IMG/VR virus record: IMGVR_UViG_3300006875_000115
Location: 1 to 27,803 of that record
Length of the DNA stretch: 27,803 nt
Source of the DNA: a virus
Lineage: Duplodnaviria > Caudoviricetes
Reading direction: 5' to 3' (one strand)
Position 1 is the first letter of the stretch; every line of letters starts with the position of its first letter. This document shows, piece by piece, positions 7,810 to 17,736 of this stretch. The notes beneath the pieces were generated by a model, which saw only the letters and a list, made by a program, of their open reading frames with translations, had not been told where the DNA came from and did not search any database. The translations under genes were made by a program, and so were the position numbers.

Positions 7810-8102
7810 TATTTCAAGTCTGATTGTTCATAATGTATAAGAGTGAAATTGATTTGATCTATTGCTTGTTTAACTGATAGATCAAACCATTCTCCATGTG
7901 AGCGAATATAACTCATATCTTTATGAAGTAACTTTTCATAAAGTCTGGCATTCTCTAATTTCTTCATAAATTTAATTTCTAGTTTTTCTGGATGACCAGT
8001 TTGGAGTTGTTTAACTCGTTTTTCAGGATTGTCACTTATCCCTATTTTACAAGGTGGATTATTAGATTTAGCAGCAGAAATAACATATATGAATTTAGAC
8101 AT
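7806..8102 (-). CDS. GIY-YIG superfamily protein, T5orf172/MUG113-like
   Basis: FIYVI...KIGISDNPEKRVKQLQTG...EKLLH...GEWF. Confidence 0.8.
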   Translation of the reverse strand: MSKFIYVISAAKSNNPPCKIGISDNPEKRVKQLQTGHPEKLEIKFMKKLENARLYEKLLHKDMSYIRSHGEWFDLSVKQAIDQINFTLIHYEQSDLKY

Positions 8103-8103
8103 A

Positions 8104-9204
8104 TTATTGAGTTAGTTCTTTATATAAAGAATCAGTATCGCTTAGTCTAGATTTGGCCGTATTTTTAACTGTTTCATTTTCATCATTTAGGGCCATTTTA
8201 AAATGATGTGGCTCGGCATTTTTATGTTTAATAGCATAATATCTTACTTTTGCATTATCATCTTTTAACATCTTTTCTATATGAGAAGATTGTAGTTTAT
8301 TATTTCTACCTAAATTATATTTTACTAATGGACTTTTATCATCAAGTAATTTATCTATATGAGAAGAATCGATATTATCATGATCACTTATGGTCATTTT
8401 ATCACTTACTGAACCAGTATCAATAATATGATGTATTTGGTTATGACTTAAATTGGGATGATATATTTCTTCTTCCCCGGAATCAGAATATACTTTAGGA
8501 TGAACTTTATACGTTGATAATTCCACTTTATCGGAGCTTAATTTTTTAGCGATGTTTTTAACATGTTCATGAAACCCCTCATGCTTTATTCCATAATGAC
8601 TATCAACATGATATATTCTATGTCCATTTTTGCCAATATAAGGTTGCATAGTTATTCTAGATATTTCTTTTCCCGTGTGATCATGTAAATAAGAAACAAC
8701 TGTCCCATGTTCTACTTCATGGGGTAAATGTTTTTTCATTTTACCAGTATTGAAATTTTTACAAGATTCATTTTCCCATGATTGATTATGAGAGGTTTGA
8801 CCAGCTACACCTTCTGGTGACCGTGTTGTTCTTACTGTTAAACCAGTAAATTTTTTGCCTTGTCTAGTGCCATCAGTAGCATAGGAATTAATAAGATGTT
8901 CTGATATTTTATTTTGTCTTAAAAAAGAACCGAGTCTAATATCTCTATTATATTTATCTTTTATGATACCTTTTTTATAATCATCAATATGGATTTCTTG
9001 TCCTAAATGACGTTCAATTTTTTTATGTATTTCTGATTTATTCATACTATTCGGTAATATTTCTTTTATTTCATCATTACCCTTTCCGAAATAATGATCA
9101 GTATGTAATAATGCCTCTGGGTCACGTTTCCAGGTTCTAACTTGTTGTTTTTCTTTTAAATTTAACTCTTCACGAATAACTAAAAATTTTTTAAAATTTA
9201 TCAT
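8104..9204 (-). CDS. putative internal head protein with C-terminal HEAT/LRV-like repeats
   Basis: MINFKKFLVIREE leader; repeats IDKLLDDKSPLVK, IEKMLKDDNAKVR and FKMALNDENETVK at about 24-aa spacing. Confidence 0.6.
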   Translation of the reverse strand: MINFKKFLVIREELNLKEKQQVRTWKRDPEALLHTDHYFGKGNDEIKEILPNSMNKSEIHKKIERHLGQEIHIDDYKKGIIKDKYNRDIRLGSFLRQNKISEHLINSYATDGTRQGKKFTGLTVRTTRSPEGVAGQTSHNQSWENESCKNFNTGKMKKHLPHEVEHGTVVSYLHDHTGKEISRITMQPYIGKNGHRIYHVDSHYGIKHEGFHEHVKNIAKKLSSDKVELSTYKVHPKVYSDSGEEEIYHPNLSHNQIHHIIDTGSVSDKMTISDHDNIDSSHIDKLLDDKSPLVKYNLGRNNKLQSSHIEKMLKDDNAKVRYYAIKHKNAEPHHFKMALNDENETVKNTAKSRLSDTDSLYKELTQ

Positions 9205-9234
9205 TTTATCCTCAATTAAAATATTACCTTATAT

Positions 9235-9423
9235 TTAGGTAATATTATTTTTAGATTCTGAATAATTATTAGAAAAGAAAGAGGGAGTGTTGCCGCTAAA
9301 GCCACTCCCTCTTTTTAGTTGATTCACTAACTTTCTAGCATTTTTCTTATTTGTATCAAAATGAATAATTTGTTTTGTAGTATTTTCATAAATTTTATAC
9401 TCATCAATAATCTCATACGTCAT
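9235..9423 (-). CDS. small hypothetical protein downstream of gp41
   Basis: 62 aa, overlaps the end of gp41; GSGFSGNTPSFF motif. Confidence 0.6.
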   Translation of the reverse strand: MTYEIIDEYKIYENTTKQIIHFDTNKKNARKLVNQLKRGSGFSGNTPSFFSNNYSESKNNIT

Positions 9424-10855
9424 TTACAAATTCCTCCAATGATTTTCCATTATTAAACTTTTTTCTACTTCCAGTCTTCTTCTTACTAAATTTGTCTTTA
9501 GTATCATCCATGGTAAACCGTGTATTATCCATTACCGGAGTATCATTATCTTCCATGATATTTTCCTGTGCTGATTGATCACAATCATATAACCTCATAT
9601 ATGCCTTATCAATACCTAATACAAATCTCTTATTCTTGTCATTATCAGCATAACGATTTTTCAGTTGTTTAACTAATATTTGCTGTAATGATGCAAGATC
9701 ATCATTTGTTATTAGTGCCGCCATGAAGTCTACAGTCTGTGGTAGGCCCCATGAGTCCGAAGTGTTATCCATCTCCACATCACTGTTCCTAGAGCCTGCA
9801 CGGTTCGTCTGTGTGGCGCTAATGATGCATGTATTCGTCTCTACTGCAAGCCCACGTAATTCCTCGGCAATAGACTTAATGTAAATATATGGATTTGATG
9901 CATGATGGGATTTTAACCTGGAACTTGAACAAATATTAATATAATCAATGAAAATGATATCCGGCGTGAACCCTTTCTTAATTTTTAAATCTTCTAGAAG
10001 GTGTTTGAAGTGTAAAGCATTGGCACCAGTGGTTGGATACTCCTTAATAATTAATTTACCAATACTCTTACTTTTTAATTTATCCATTTTATCTAAATAT
10101 GTTTTTCTAGTCGTATTTGATAGGTCAGATAATGGAATATTAAGAAGATTCGACTCTATTCGTTTGGCAATTTTTACTTCGGCCATTTCCATTGTAATAT
10201 AAAGAACATTATATCCTCTTAGAAATGCCGCAGCGGCCATATGACACATTAATAATGTCTTACCTGTGCCAGTTGAACCCATGAATACATTAATAGATTT
10301 TCTCTCAAATCCACCTTCTGTAATTAGATTCAGCATTTCTAGATCAAATTCAATTTTTTCCTCACAGGTTAAATATGAATTAAATCTGTCATCGGAATCT
10401 TCAAGAAAATTATGTCCAATATTATTGGAGAATTTAATAGCCAATGCATCTTCTAATATCTTGGGAATTGCATTTTTATCAAAATCTTTATTTTCATTAT
10501 TGATGATTTTGATAGAATCCATAATGGCCAGATAAACGGCCCTATCCTGGCAATATTTTTCTGTATTATCTATGGCCCAGGGAACATTAAATTCTGTATC
10601 ATTATTATTTAATTCTTGAAGAAATGATTCACATTCCTTATATTGATTTTCATTTAATGTAGTTAGATTGTCTAATTCTATTTCTAATATTTTACTATTA
10701 GCCAATGTCTTATATTTGAGATAATGATCATTAATAATATTAAAATACGTTTTTCCTGCAATAGATACGAAATACTCTTCTTTTAGAAAAGGTAATACTT
10801 GACGAGAATAATCTTGACTACCAATAAGATAGTCAATAATTAAAGATTCTTTCAT
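9413..10855 (-). CDS. gp41: replicative DNA helicase (T4 gp41-like, DnaB/SF4)
   Basis: Walker A GSTGTGKT, YITMEM, IFIDYINI, SATQTNR and KQLKNRY; synteny with uvsX and gp43. Confidence 0.96.
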   Translation of the reverse strand: MKESLIIDYLIGSQDYSRQVLPFLKEEYFVSIAGKTYFNIINDHYLKYKTLANSKILEIELDNLTTLNENQYKECESFLQELNNNDTEFNVPWAIDNTEKYCQDRAVYLAIMDSIKIINNENKDFDKNAIPKILEDALAIKFSNNIGHNFLEDSDDRFNSYLTCEEKIEFDLEMLNLITEGGFERKSINVFMGSTGTGKTLLMCHMAAAAFLRGYNVLYITMEMAEVKIAKRIESNLLNIPLSDLSNTTRKTYLDKMDKLKSKSIGKLIIKEYPTTGANALHFKHLLEDLKIKKGFTPDIIFIDYINICSSSRLKSHHASNPYIYIKSIAEELRGLAVETNTCIISATQTNRAGSRNSDVEMDNTSDSWGLPQTVDFMAALITNDDLASLQQILVKQLKNRYADNDKNKRFVLGIDKAYMRLYDCDQSAQENIMEDNDTPVMDNTRFTMDDTKDKFSKKKTGSRKKFNNGKSLEEFVNDV

Positions 10856-10871
10856 TTAGTTTCCTATGCTA

Positions 10872-11882
10872 TTATAGTTTATATTTTTCTGATAGGGATT
10901 TTTTGAATTTATCTGTCATTACAGATTTCCAGATTTCATCGTTATTTACGAAATCTTTCGCTCTACGTTTAGGTTCCAGTAGTTCACCTGTTTCCTGGTC
11001 AACAACTTGATACCAACCATTAGAGGGCTTTGCAATGTATCCTAGTTCTAGGGCAATGTCAAGCATTCCAGACCATTTATCAATGCCACCTTCAAAGGTA
11101 ACAGTTAATGGAAATTGTGATTTTTCCTTGACAAATCTGGATTTTTCAATATTGATAATGAATTCATATCCAATTACATCATCACCTTCCTTGGTTTGTC
11201 TTCTTCCAATAATCCAAATATTATCGGCAGAATAATATGGCCCTGTTCCGCCGGATACTACAGCTTTACTATACGTTTCCTGTGTTTGGTAAGTATGATT
11301 GATACCAATTAGTGGAATATCTCGCATATGAAGATAAGGTGTAATCATTCTGAACACTGATTTCAGTGCCTTAGCCCTAGTCATATCCTGGGCACTATTT
11401 TCTTTTAGTGCATCTTCCAATTCTTTCTTAGATGCCATATTACCTAATGAGTCAATTAGAATAGCTACTTCATCTTTCTTACTAATATTACTTACTTGTT
11501 TAATAATATCGAATTTAAGTTCCTCAATATTCATAATTGGAGAATGAACAACTCTATCCTTATCAATATCTGATGCAGCAAAATATTCTTCTGGTGTTCC
11601 AAATTCATTATCATATACTAATCCAACAGAATTATCATTGTCGGATAGAAATCCATTTAACATGGTTAATGCTATTTTAGATTTAAAATGTTTACTTGGC
11701 CCGGCAATAATAGTTACGCCTGAGAATATACCACCATCAACACTTCCAGTTAATGCTAAATTTAGAATAGGAATTTTAGTATCATAAAACTTCTTGGGAA
11801 GAAATACATCACTCTTACTTAGAATTTCAGTATCTTTAAGAGTTGTATTTTTCATTAGTTTTTCTATTAATGGGTTTGCCAT
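10872..11882 (-). CDS. uvsX: RecA-like recombinase UvsX
   Basis: AGPSKHFKS, IDSLGNMASKKE, DMTRAK and VSGGTG. Confidence 0.96.
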   Translation of the reverse strand: MANPLIEKLMKNTTLKDTEILSKSDVFLPKKFYDTKIPILNLALTGSVDGGIFSGVTIIAGPSKHFKSKIALTMLNGFLSDNDNSVGLVYDNEFGTPEEYFAASDIDKDRVVHSPIMNIEELKFDIIKQVSNISKKDEVAILIDSLGNMASKKELEDALKENSAQDMTRAKALKSVFRMITPYLHMRDIPLIGINHTYQTQETYSKAVVSGGTGPYYSADNIWIIGRRQTKEGDDVIGYEFIINIEKSRFVKEKSQFPLTVTFEGGIDKWSGMLDIALELGYIAKPSNGWYQVVDQETGELLEPKRRAKDFVNNDEIWKSVMTDKFKKSLSEKYKL

Positions 11883-11892
11883 AATTTATCCT

Positions 11893-14511
11893 TTAGTTAA
11901 AAAATTCAGCTAATGTATTGATAGGTGGTTTATATTCCCAATTCCAACCAACTACGTCCAGAATGTGTTGAATAGGAGCTATCAATGTTTTTTCAAATTG
12001 TAGTTTATAGTCTATGAATTCATGAATATTTAATTCCTCTGGAAGAACGTCACTGAAACCAATAACATTCTCATGAATCGTATTTGGGACCTTTAAGTAT
12101 ATAAATTTAATCTTATCGCCAGAAAATATACTCTGATATTTTTTATCAAGATTGTTTTTCTTTAGATGATAATTATATAAAATTGATCCTCTTACATGAA
12201 TTGGAGTGCCTTTCTCATATAGACCACTACTAGATATGTAGTTTTCTATGCCATTGACTCCGCGCGGAAATGCCACATCTTCGGGTGGTAATGTATTAAA
12301 TTTTTTGTAACATTCCTGCAAATAATCCTGAATATCTTTCTCATTTTTATTCAGAATAATTTTAATAGAATCCTTAATCATACTTCTACAAACCATAGGA
12401 GTTGATGATTTAACAGCCTCAATTCCCATAATTTTTAGAGTAGGTTCAGAATATCTAACTCCCTCGCTATCCAATACTTGAAGAACATATTTCTTCTTCG
12501 CTACCCACAATCCCTTATCGGCAATTACTTCACGCTTCATACGCATCTTCTGTGAATATACATTTAAATATTCCCCTAGATTGTCATATGATTGCTTGAT
12601 AATTTCCTCTAATTTATCACGACATAACTTATCCAAATAATCTAATTTTGACATGGAAGTATCTTTATAATATACGTCAAGATAAGGTTCGATATTGATA
12701 ACAACAGAATCAGTATCAGATGCAATAATATAATCTACATTTTCAGTATTCAGTTCTTTATTGAGATATATGTTAATGTCATTCTCTACCCATCTAATTG
12801 CTACTTGACCAGATAGAGTGATAGCTTCGGCATTGATGATCTTGAAGTATCTAAAATACTGATTTCCAATTGCACCATATGCAGAATTTAGAAGAATTTT
12901 CTTAGACATCTGAATATTATTAAATCGTGAGATATCATTCTTAGCATTGATATCGCCAGTTTTTTCATATTCTTTCTTTGCCTCAATCATTTTCTTCTTA
13001 TATAATACCCGATCATTATACATTTTCTCCATTAAGTCATAGAAAATGCCCTGATCTTTAATATAAGCCGCACCATTAGCCGTGATTGTCAGATTTAATC
13101 GTTTCAGAAATGATAGATCATACTCCTTACGTAGAATACCATCAACATTTACTTCTGATGCAATTCTTAGTAACGTTTTTAAATCTTCAAGATCATTGTC
13201 TGTATTTGGATTATCTGACATTTCAATTTCATTAATCTTAGTTAGAATATCTAATTTATCAACTAACGTTTCAGGTCCAATATTTGCCTGCATAATTAAA
13301 TGTGGATATAGAGAATCCAGGTCAAATGTCAATACATGTTCATATTTCCCAATTTGTGGTTCCTTAACATAGGCACCAGCATATTGATGGGTTTTATTTA
13401 CATGTTCCTTGGGAGGAATAATAATATTTCTATCATAGAGATAAGTATTAATTACTTGATCCCATACATTAACCGGAGAAAATGTATCTGATAAATTGAC
13501 ATTGGTTTCAAATGCCATAGTGATAACTAAATCTAACAGTTTTTCTTTATCGTTCATTCTCACTATTAGATGAGTATCTTTGATATTATAATCACAAAAT
13601 AATTGAAAATTACTTTTATATAATTCAGACAAATCTTTATATTGAGAATAGTCTAATTTTTTCTCTCCCAATACTACATTTGCGATATGATCTAGTTTAT
13701 ATGTTTCCTGCATAGGGTATGAATATGCGAATTTCTTGAATACCTTCATGAAGTCTAATTGTTGAATTCCAACGATATTGTATGTTTGTTGGACTTTACC
13801 GTTATAGATTTCTTCTCTTTCATGAATGATATTCCAGGGAGATAAACTCTTGGCAACTTCCCATGATAGAATATTTGTAATTCTATTAATGAGATAGGGA
13901 ATATCATAGAAATCAGTATTCCAACCTGTAATAATATCTGGAATATCGAGGCGCCAATGTTCCAGAAACTTGATGATTAAATCAGTTTCACTATTACATT
14001 TTACATACTTTATCTTAATACCATCAACTATACTTTTTGCTGGATCATAGTCGCCTAATCCCCAGCACATATAGTTTTCATTTTTACTACTTTTATATGA
14101 AATGGTAATAATAGGTTGTTTAGCTTCCTTAGCTGATGAGTAACCATTCTCACCCTTGGCAACCTCGATATCAAAAAATCCAATATTAAAATGATTAATA
14201 TCAAACTCAATATTGGAATATTTTCTCATATCCGTCATAAATTGATATATGTAATCTTGCATACCATATATCTTGAAGTTATTCACTTCTTTATATTTTT
14301 TAGTGAATTCCCGTGCTTCTTTTATAGATTCAAATTTCTTTGGTGCTAAATCTATGTAATCTAACGATCTGAATTTAGATTTTGGTTTGTTTGTTTCTAG
14401 AAATAGCGTAGGTTTAAATTTGATATTTTCCTTAATACGCTTACCATCTTTATACCCACGAAATAAAATGTCGTCATAGTGTAAGTCTACTGAACTATAA
14501 AAAAACGTCAT
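11893..14511 (-). CDS. gp43: family B DNA polymerase (T4 gp43-like)
   Basis: Exonuclease FDIE and TGWN..YD; polymerase DLDSLYP, KILLNSAYG, SDTDS, KKKY and KSSTP. Confidence 0.97.
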   Translation of the reverse strand: MTFFYSSVDLHYDDILFRGYKDGKRIKENIKFKPTLFLETNKPKSKFRSLDYIDLAPKKFESIKEAREFTKKYKEVNNFKIYGMQDYIYQFMTDMRKYSNIEFDINHFNIGFFDIEVAKGENGYSSAKEAKQPIITISYKSSKNENYMCWGLGDYDPAKSIVDGIKIKYVKCNSETDLIIKFLEHWRLDIPDIITGWNTDFYDIPYLINRITNILSWEVAKSLSPWNIIHEREEIYNGKVQQTYNIVGIQQLDFMKVFKKFAYSYPMQETYKLDHIANVVLGEKKLDYSQYKDLSELYKSNFQLFCDYNIKDTHLIVRMNDKEKLLDLVITMAFETNVNLSDTFSPVNVWDQVINTYLYDRNIIIPPKEHVNKTHQYAGAYVKEPQIGKYEHVLTFDLDSLYPHLIMQANIGPETLVDKLDILTKINEIEMSDNPNTDNDLEDLKTLLRIASEVNVDGILRKEYDLSFLKRLNLTITANGAAYIKDQGIFYDLMEKMYNDRVLYKKKMIEAKKEYEKTGDINAKNDISRFNNIQMSKKILLNSAYGAIGNQYFRYFKIINAEAITLSGQVAIRWVENDINIYLNKELNTENVDYIIASDTDSVVINIEPYLDVYYKDTSMSKLDYLDKLCRDKLEEIIKQSYDNLGEYLNVYSQKMRMKREVIADKGLWVAKKKYVLQVLDSEGVRYSEPTLKIMGIEAVKSSTPMVCRSMIKDSIKIILNKNEKDIQDYLQECYKKFNTLPPEDVAFPRGVNGIENYISSSGLYEKGTPIHVRGSILYNYHLKKNNLDKKYQSIFSGDKIKFIYLKVPNTIHENVIGFSDVLPEELNIHEFIDYKLQFEKTLIAPIQHILDVVGWNWEYKPPINTLAEFFN

Positions 14512-14526
14512 ATTTTCTCCCGTATA

Positions 14527-15315
14527 TTATCCACTTCCCATACTAAAATCTTGCACAGGATCATTATTTTTCTTTTTCTCGGATACGTCAATAACAATTG
14601 GAATATTTGCTTCACTTTTACCTAAATCATTCTTCAATTCAAGTAAAAGTTCTGGTCCTTTATTATTAGACTTAGTATCGGTATATTCAAGATATACATT
14701 TGAATTTTTTAAATGATGAAGAAATTCGTTATACAAACGTTCTCTATCTGCTAGGCCAATACTACCACCATTGATCAGTTTTGTCAATGCTAATACATCG
14801 CCTTTATCTGCTGGGACGGAACATCCTCTCATTTCCCAATACCAAATAGCACTTAGAACTGCTCCATGTGGAGATAATAGGTAATTTGGATTAGTTACTA
14901 CGTCAATGCCACAGTAATCAGCAAATCTTTGGTAATTATCTTTTCCTGTTAATTGAATTAGTCCGCGCCCGCGATAATTATAACCATCACCAGAATTCTC
15001 ATTACCATTACCCATTCTATTTGCATAAACTCGATTAGCAATTTTAATGGGCTGCCTATGATATTCGCCGGCATAGATTTTAGTAAAATATTTTGGGAAT
15101 ACAATTAATAGTCTATCAGAAGAATAATTTAGATTTTCTTCGACTACACTAAATCCCATGGATTCGTGGCCAACTTGGGATAAAAATCCTGCTAGTTTCC
15201 TATCAGTATTAATTCCATATGAAAATACATTATTTAGGTCAGTTTCATATTGGTCAATTTTAGATGTTTCAGTTCGTGGAAATACTGTTTTAATAATATC
15301 GGTAATTTTACTCAT
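14527..15315 (-). CDS. glycoside hydrolase family 19 endolysin
   Basis: FLSQVGHES, ENLNYS, YRGRGLIQLTG..NY and INGG..GLADR. Confidence 0.9.
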   Translation of the reverse strand: MSKITDIIKTVFPRTETSKIDQYETDLNNVFSYGINTDRKLAGFLSQVGHESMGFSVVEENLNYSSDRLLIVFPKYFTKIYAGEYHRQPIKIANRVYANRMGNGNENSGDGYNYRGRGLIQLTGKDNYQRFADYCGIDVVTNPNYLLSPHGAVLSAIWYWEMRGCSVPADKGDVLALTKLINGGSIGLADRERLYNEFLHHLKNSNVYLEYTDTKSNNKGPELLLELKNDLGKSEANIPIVIDVSEKKKNNDPVQDFSMGSG

Positions 15316-15321
15316 AGCTTT

Positions 15322-15669
15322 CTACTCCATTGTCTGAGAATAAAGATTCCAGCTAAAATTATCTTTTAGAATTGTCTCATTAATAATTACAATAACGGAA
15401 TTATCCAATAATTTTGGTTTAATATATTCTGGATTATAGAATAAATTATGAAATGGTTCCTTACCGTCCTTAGTTGAATTATCATATTCTGTTTTGATAG
15501 TTTTAATCAATCTATCAATGGCAATACCCAATGTATTTCCCTGTACGCCAATATCATAATCTAGACATTCTCCAAGCCATACTCCATTAGTATTATAATA
15601 GAAGACTAGAGTGATGTCATTACTTTTCTCGTCTTTAAGAGAGAAAAACTGAAGAATTTTTTTAAGCAT
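15322..15669 (-). CDS. hypothetical protein, possible HicB-like N-terminal fold
   Basis: VWLGECLDYDIGVQGNTLGIAIDRL resembles the HicB beta-beta-(QG.T..EA) pattern. Confidence 0.45.
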   Translation of the reverse strand: MLKKILQFFSLKDEKSNDITLVFYYNTNGVWLGECLDYDIGVQGNTLGIAIDRLIKTIKTEYDNSTKDGKEPFHNLFYNPEYIKPKLLDNSVIVIINETILKDNFSWNLYSQTME

Positions 15670-15672
15670 GTA

Positions 15673-16218
15673 TTATCCTTTTTTAATTAATCTATTAAAT
15701 TCCATTAGAAATTGAGTTTTTGCCTGTAATGGATTCCAGCCATGAATTTTCACACCTAATGCTTTAGGTTTAATTTGCCATTCTCTATCTGGTTTGCCCA
15801 TTAGACAAATCATTTCATCACCACATATATTAAAATCTACATCCTTAACATTATGTGGTTCCTCTAAATCTAAATTATATTTCCGACATACCGCATCCAT
15901 TAATTTACGTTCCATTTCTTTCCAGCCTGGAATATACTTCTTCAATGGGCTAGGGATATCGGCGGAATATGCCTCTGTAGCGTCGTGTAGAAGCCCCCAG
16001 AGAGCGTTTTTAGGATGGACATGCTGAGATACGATGACTGAATGTTCTGCCACTGAGTAGAAACGTTCAACGTGCCCTGCGTATCGGCAGGTCATACTTA
16101 GTGAATGTGCAATGTCAATAATATCAATTTCCTCTGGGCGAGGGTCTAGAGGATAAAAACATTTACCTGTATAAGTTTGAATCCAGTCGCCAATTCTATT
16201 ATTATCATTATTATTCAT
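15673..16218 (-). CDS. HD-domain phosphohydrolase (YfdR/YfbR-like 5'-deoxynucleotidase)
   Basis: DIAHSLS, YSVAEHS, LLHDATEAY and DIPSPLK. Confidence 0.88.
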   Translation of the reverse strand: MNNNDNNRIGDWIQTYTGKCFYPLDPRPEEIDIIDIAHSLSMTCRYAGHVERFYSVAEHSVIVSQHVHPKNALWGLLHDATEAYSADIPSPLKKYIPGWKEMERKLMDAVCRKYNLDLEEPHNVKDVDFNICGDEMICLMGKPDREWQIKPKALGVKIHGWNPLQAKTQFLMEFNRLIKKG

Positions 16219-16418
16219 TCTATAATTCCTTTTTGATTTGGTTCATTACTATTAGTGCATTTATATTCATGATTATGATGATGTGGACAACGTTTATTCC
16301 CGCATATTTCACATGCATATCTGAAATATTGATACATGTTCTCTATGTTGTCAAGGGAAATTTCTTTAAATTTATTTTTATCATAACAAGTCTGGCAACC
16401 ACAGAAATCCATAATCAT
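16215..16418 (-). CDS. small Cys/His-rich putative Zn-binding protein
   Basis: CGCQTC and CEICGNKRCPH...H...C; ATGA coupling to the HD gene. Confidence 0.65.
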   Translation of the reverse strand: MIMDFCGCQTCYDKNKFKEISLDNIENMYQYFRYACEICGNKRCPHHHNHEYKCTNSNEPNQKGIIE

Positions 16419-16430
16419 AAATACTTCATT

Positions 16431-16883
16431 TTAGAATTTTACAATACCATGTAGATTTGGTGGAGAATAATTTGGTCCTTTTAGAATCTTACCGTCTTCT
16501 CTCTTAATAGCTTTACCATTTTCATCCAATTTACTCATGTTTGATCGCTGAACTTCATCAAAACATGCATCTAGATCAATACCATAGGCATGACCGGCGC
16601 CATATATGACATATAATAAATCAGTTAGTGCATCGGCAATCTCAATCAAATTTTCCTGTGAATCGTTAATAAACTCAGATTCACTTGATAATTCGCCGTT
16701 ATCATTCGTTTCCTCTAACTCTTCTTGTTTCTTCATAGCAACATCTAATTCATCAAGTTCTTCTTCAATTAGATCAAAACGTAATTGACGGATTTTTTCC
16801 ATGGGAAACCTTGCAGTGGTATGAACGTCCTGCTCATACGCCTTCATAAATTCACCAACTTTTTGAAAATTTGTTTTGTTCAT
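16431..16883 (-). CDS. MazG-like (PRA-PH/DR2231-type) NTP pyrophosphohydrolase
   Basis: LIEEELDEL, EIADALTDLLYV, EVQRSNMSK and DGKILKGPNY. Confidence 0.88.
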   Translation of the reverse strand: MNKTNFQKVGEFMKAYEQDVHTTARFPMEKIRQLRFDLIEEELDELDVAMKKQEELEETNDNGELSSESEFINDSQENLIEIADALTDLLYVIYGAGHAYGIDLDACFDEVQRSNMSKLDENGKAIKREDGKILKGPNYSPPNLHGIVKF

Positions 16884-16889
16884 AATAAT

Positions 16890-17300
16890 TTATTTCCCTA
16901 TTGTATATTTTGAAACTAAATTCCAGGAGGATTTTTCACCAAATGGAAGAATTTTAATATTTTTGATAATCTCTTTATCAATATCCTCTTTATAGTTATC
17001 TTTATCTACTGAGATAAGTTTCCAGTCATGTAGTAATTTTACAATATAATTACGTCTATCATAGTCACTAATTTCAATATCTGAAAATTTCTTATCGAGG
17101 ATAAATAATTCTTTAAAATGAAGAATTCCATACATGCCACGTTTATGTAGAATGTGGCAGGATTGATATAAAGTTTTATTTTTATTTGAGGCAATACCAA
17201 TTCTGGTTAGAGTTTCTTTAATTTTTAGAAAATCATTGTCATTGATTTTAATTTCAATGCCGTTTCTACTAAAGACCCTATCATACTCATCACTATTCAT
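16890..17300 (-). CDS. regA: translational repressor RegA
   Basis: DFLKIKETLTRIGIA, LYQSCHILHK.G.Y.I.HFKELF and WNLVSKYTIG; start placed at the ATG at 17300, overlapping the gp62 stop. Confidence 0.95.
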   Translation of the reverse strand: MNSDEYDRVFSRNGIEIKINDNDFLKIKETLTRIGIASNKNKTLYQSCHILHKRGMYGILHFKELFILDKKFSDIEISDYDRRNYIVKLLHDWKLISVDKDNYKEDIDKEIIKNIKILPFGEKSSWNLVSKYTIGK

Positions 17301-17736
17301 TGTTTTCACTTTCATCCTTTTTACTATAACGTTGTTCAATTTGTTTAAATTGTTTTTTCGATAACAATTTATTTATGGTTGATGCACGACGAAGATTGAC
17401 GTTATATGCTCTCGATATGAGACTTAATTTATCGAATACATCCTCGGATTTAGCTGGCCATTTGGTCCACCTATTCTTTTTTCTAATGACATTCATATAA
17501 TATTCATACTGATATTTACGTGGTATTTTATTATTTAAATTCATTTCATTACTATAGAGAATAGTATCTAAGTATAATGAAAATCCTTTATTTACGATGA
17601 ATGCATTATATTCAAGTAATAGTTTTTCAGTTGTGGCTTTACTGGTATCTTTCCCCGATGATATATTCTTAATTACATCAAATACATTCGTTTCCTTATC
17701 AACCGTATTTTTATTATCCACTGAGTTTTGTGTCAT
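17293..17736 (-). CDS. gp62: clamp loader small subunit (gp62-like)
   Basis: YNAFIVNKGFS...EMN...QYEYY...IRKKNRWTKW; position between gp44 and regA. Confidence 0.88.
   Translation of the reverse strand: MTQNSVDNKNTVDKETNVFDVIKNISSGKDTSKATTEKLLLEYNAFIVNKGFSLYLDTILYSNEMNLNNKIPRKYQYEYYMNVIRKKNRWTKWPAKSEDVFDKLSLISRAYNVNLRRASTINKLLSKKQFKQIEQRYSKKDESENNE

Noticed and set aside
15673-16883. Z-genome (DatZ/MazZ/PurZ) pathway
   Set aside because: No purZ in the window, and both enzymes look like widespread YfdR-like and PRA-PH-like families. It cannot be claimed without the rest of the genome.
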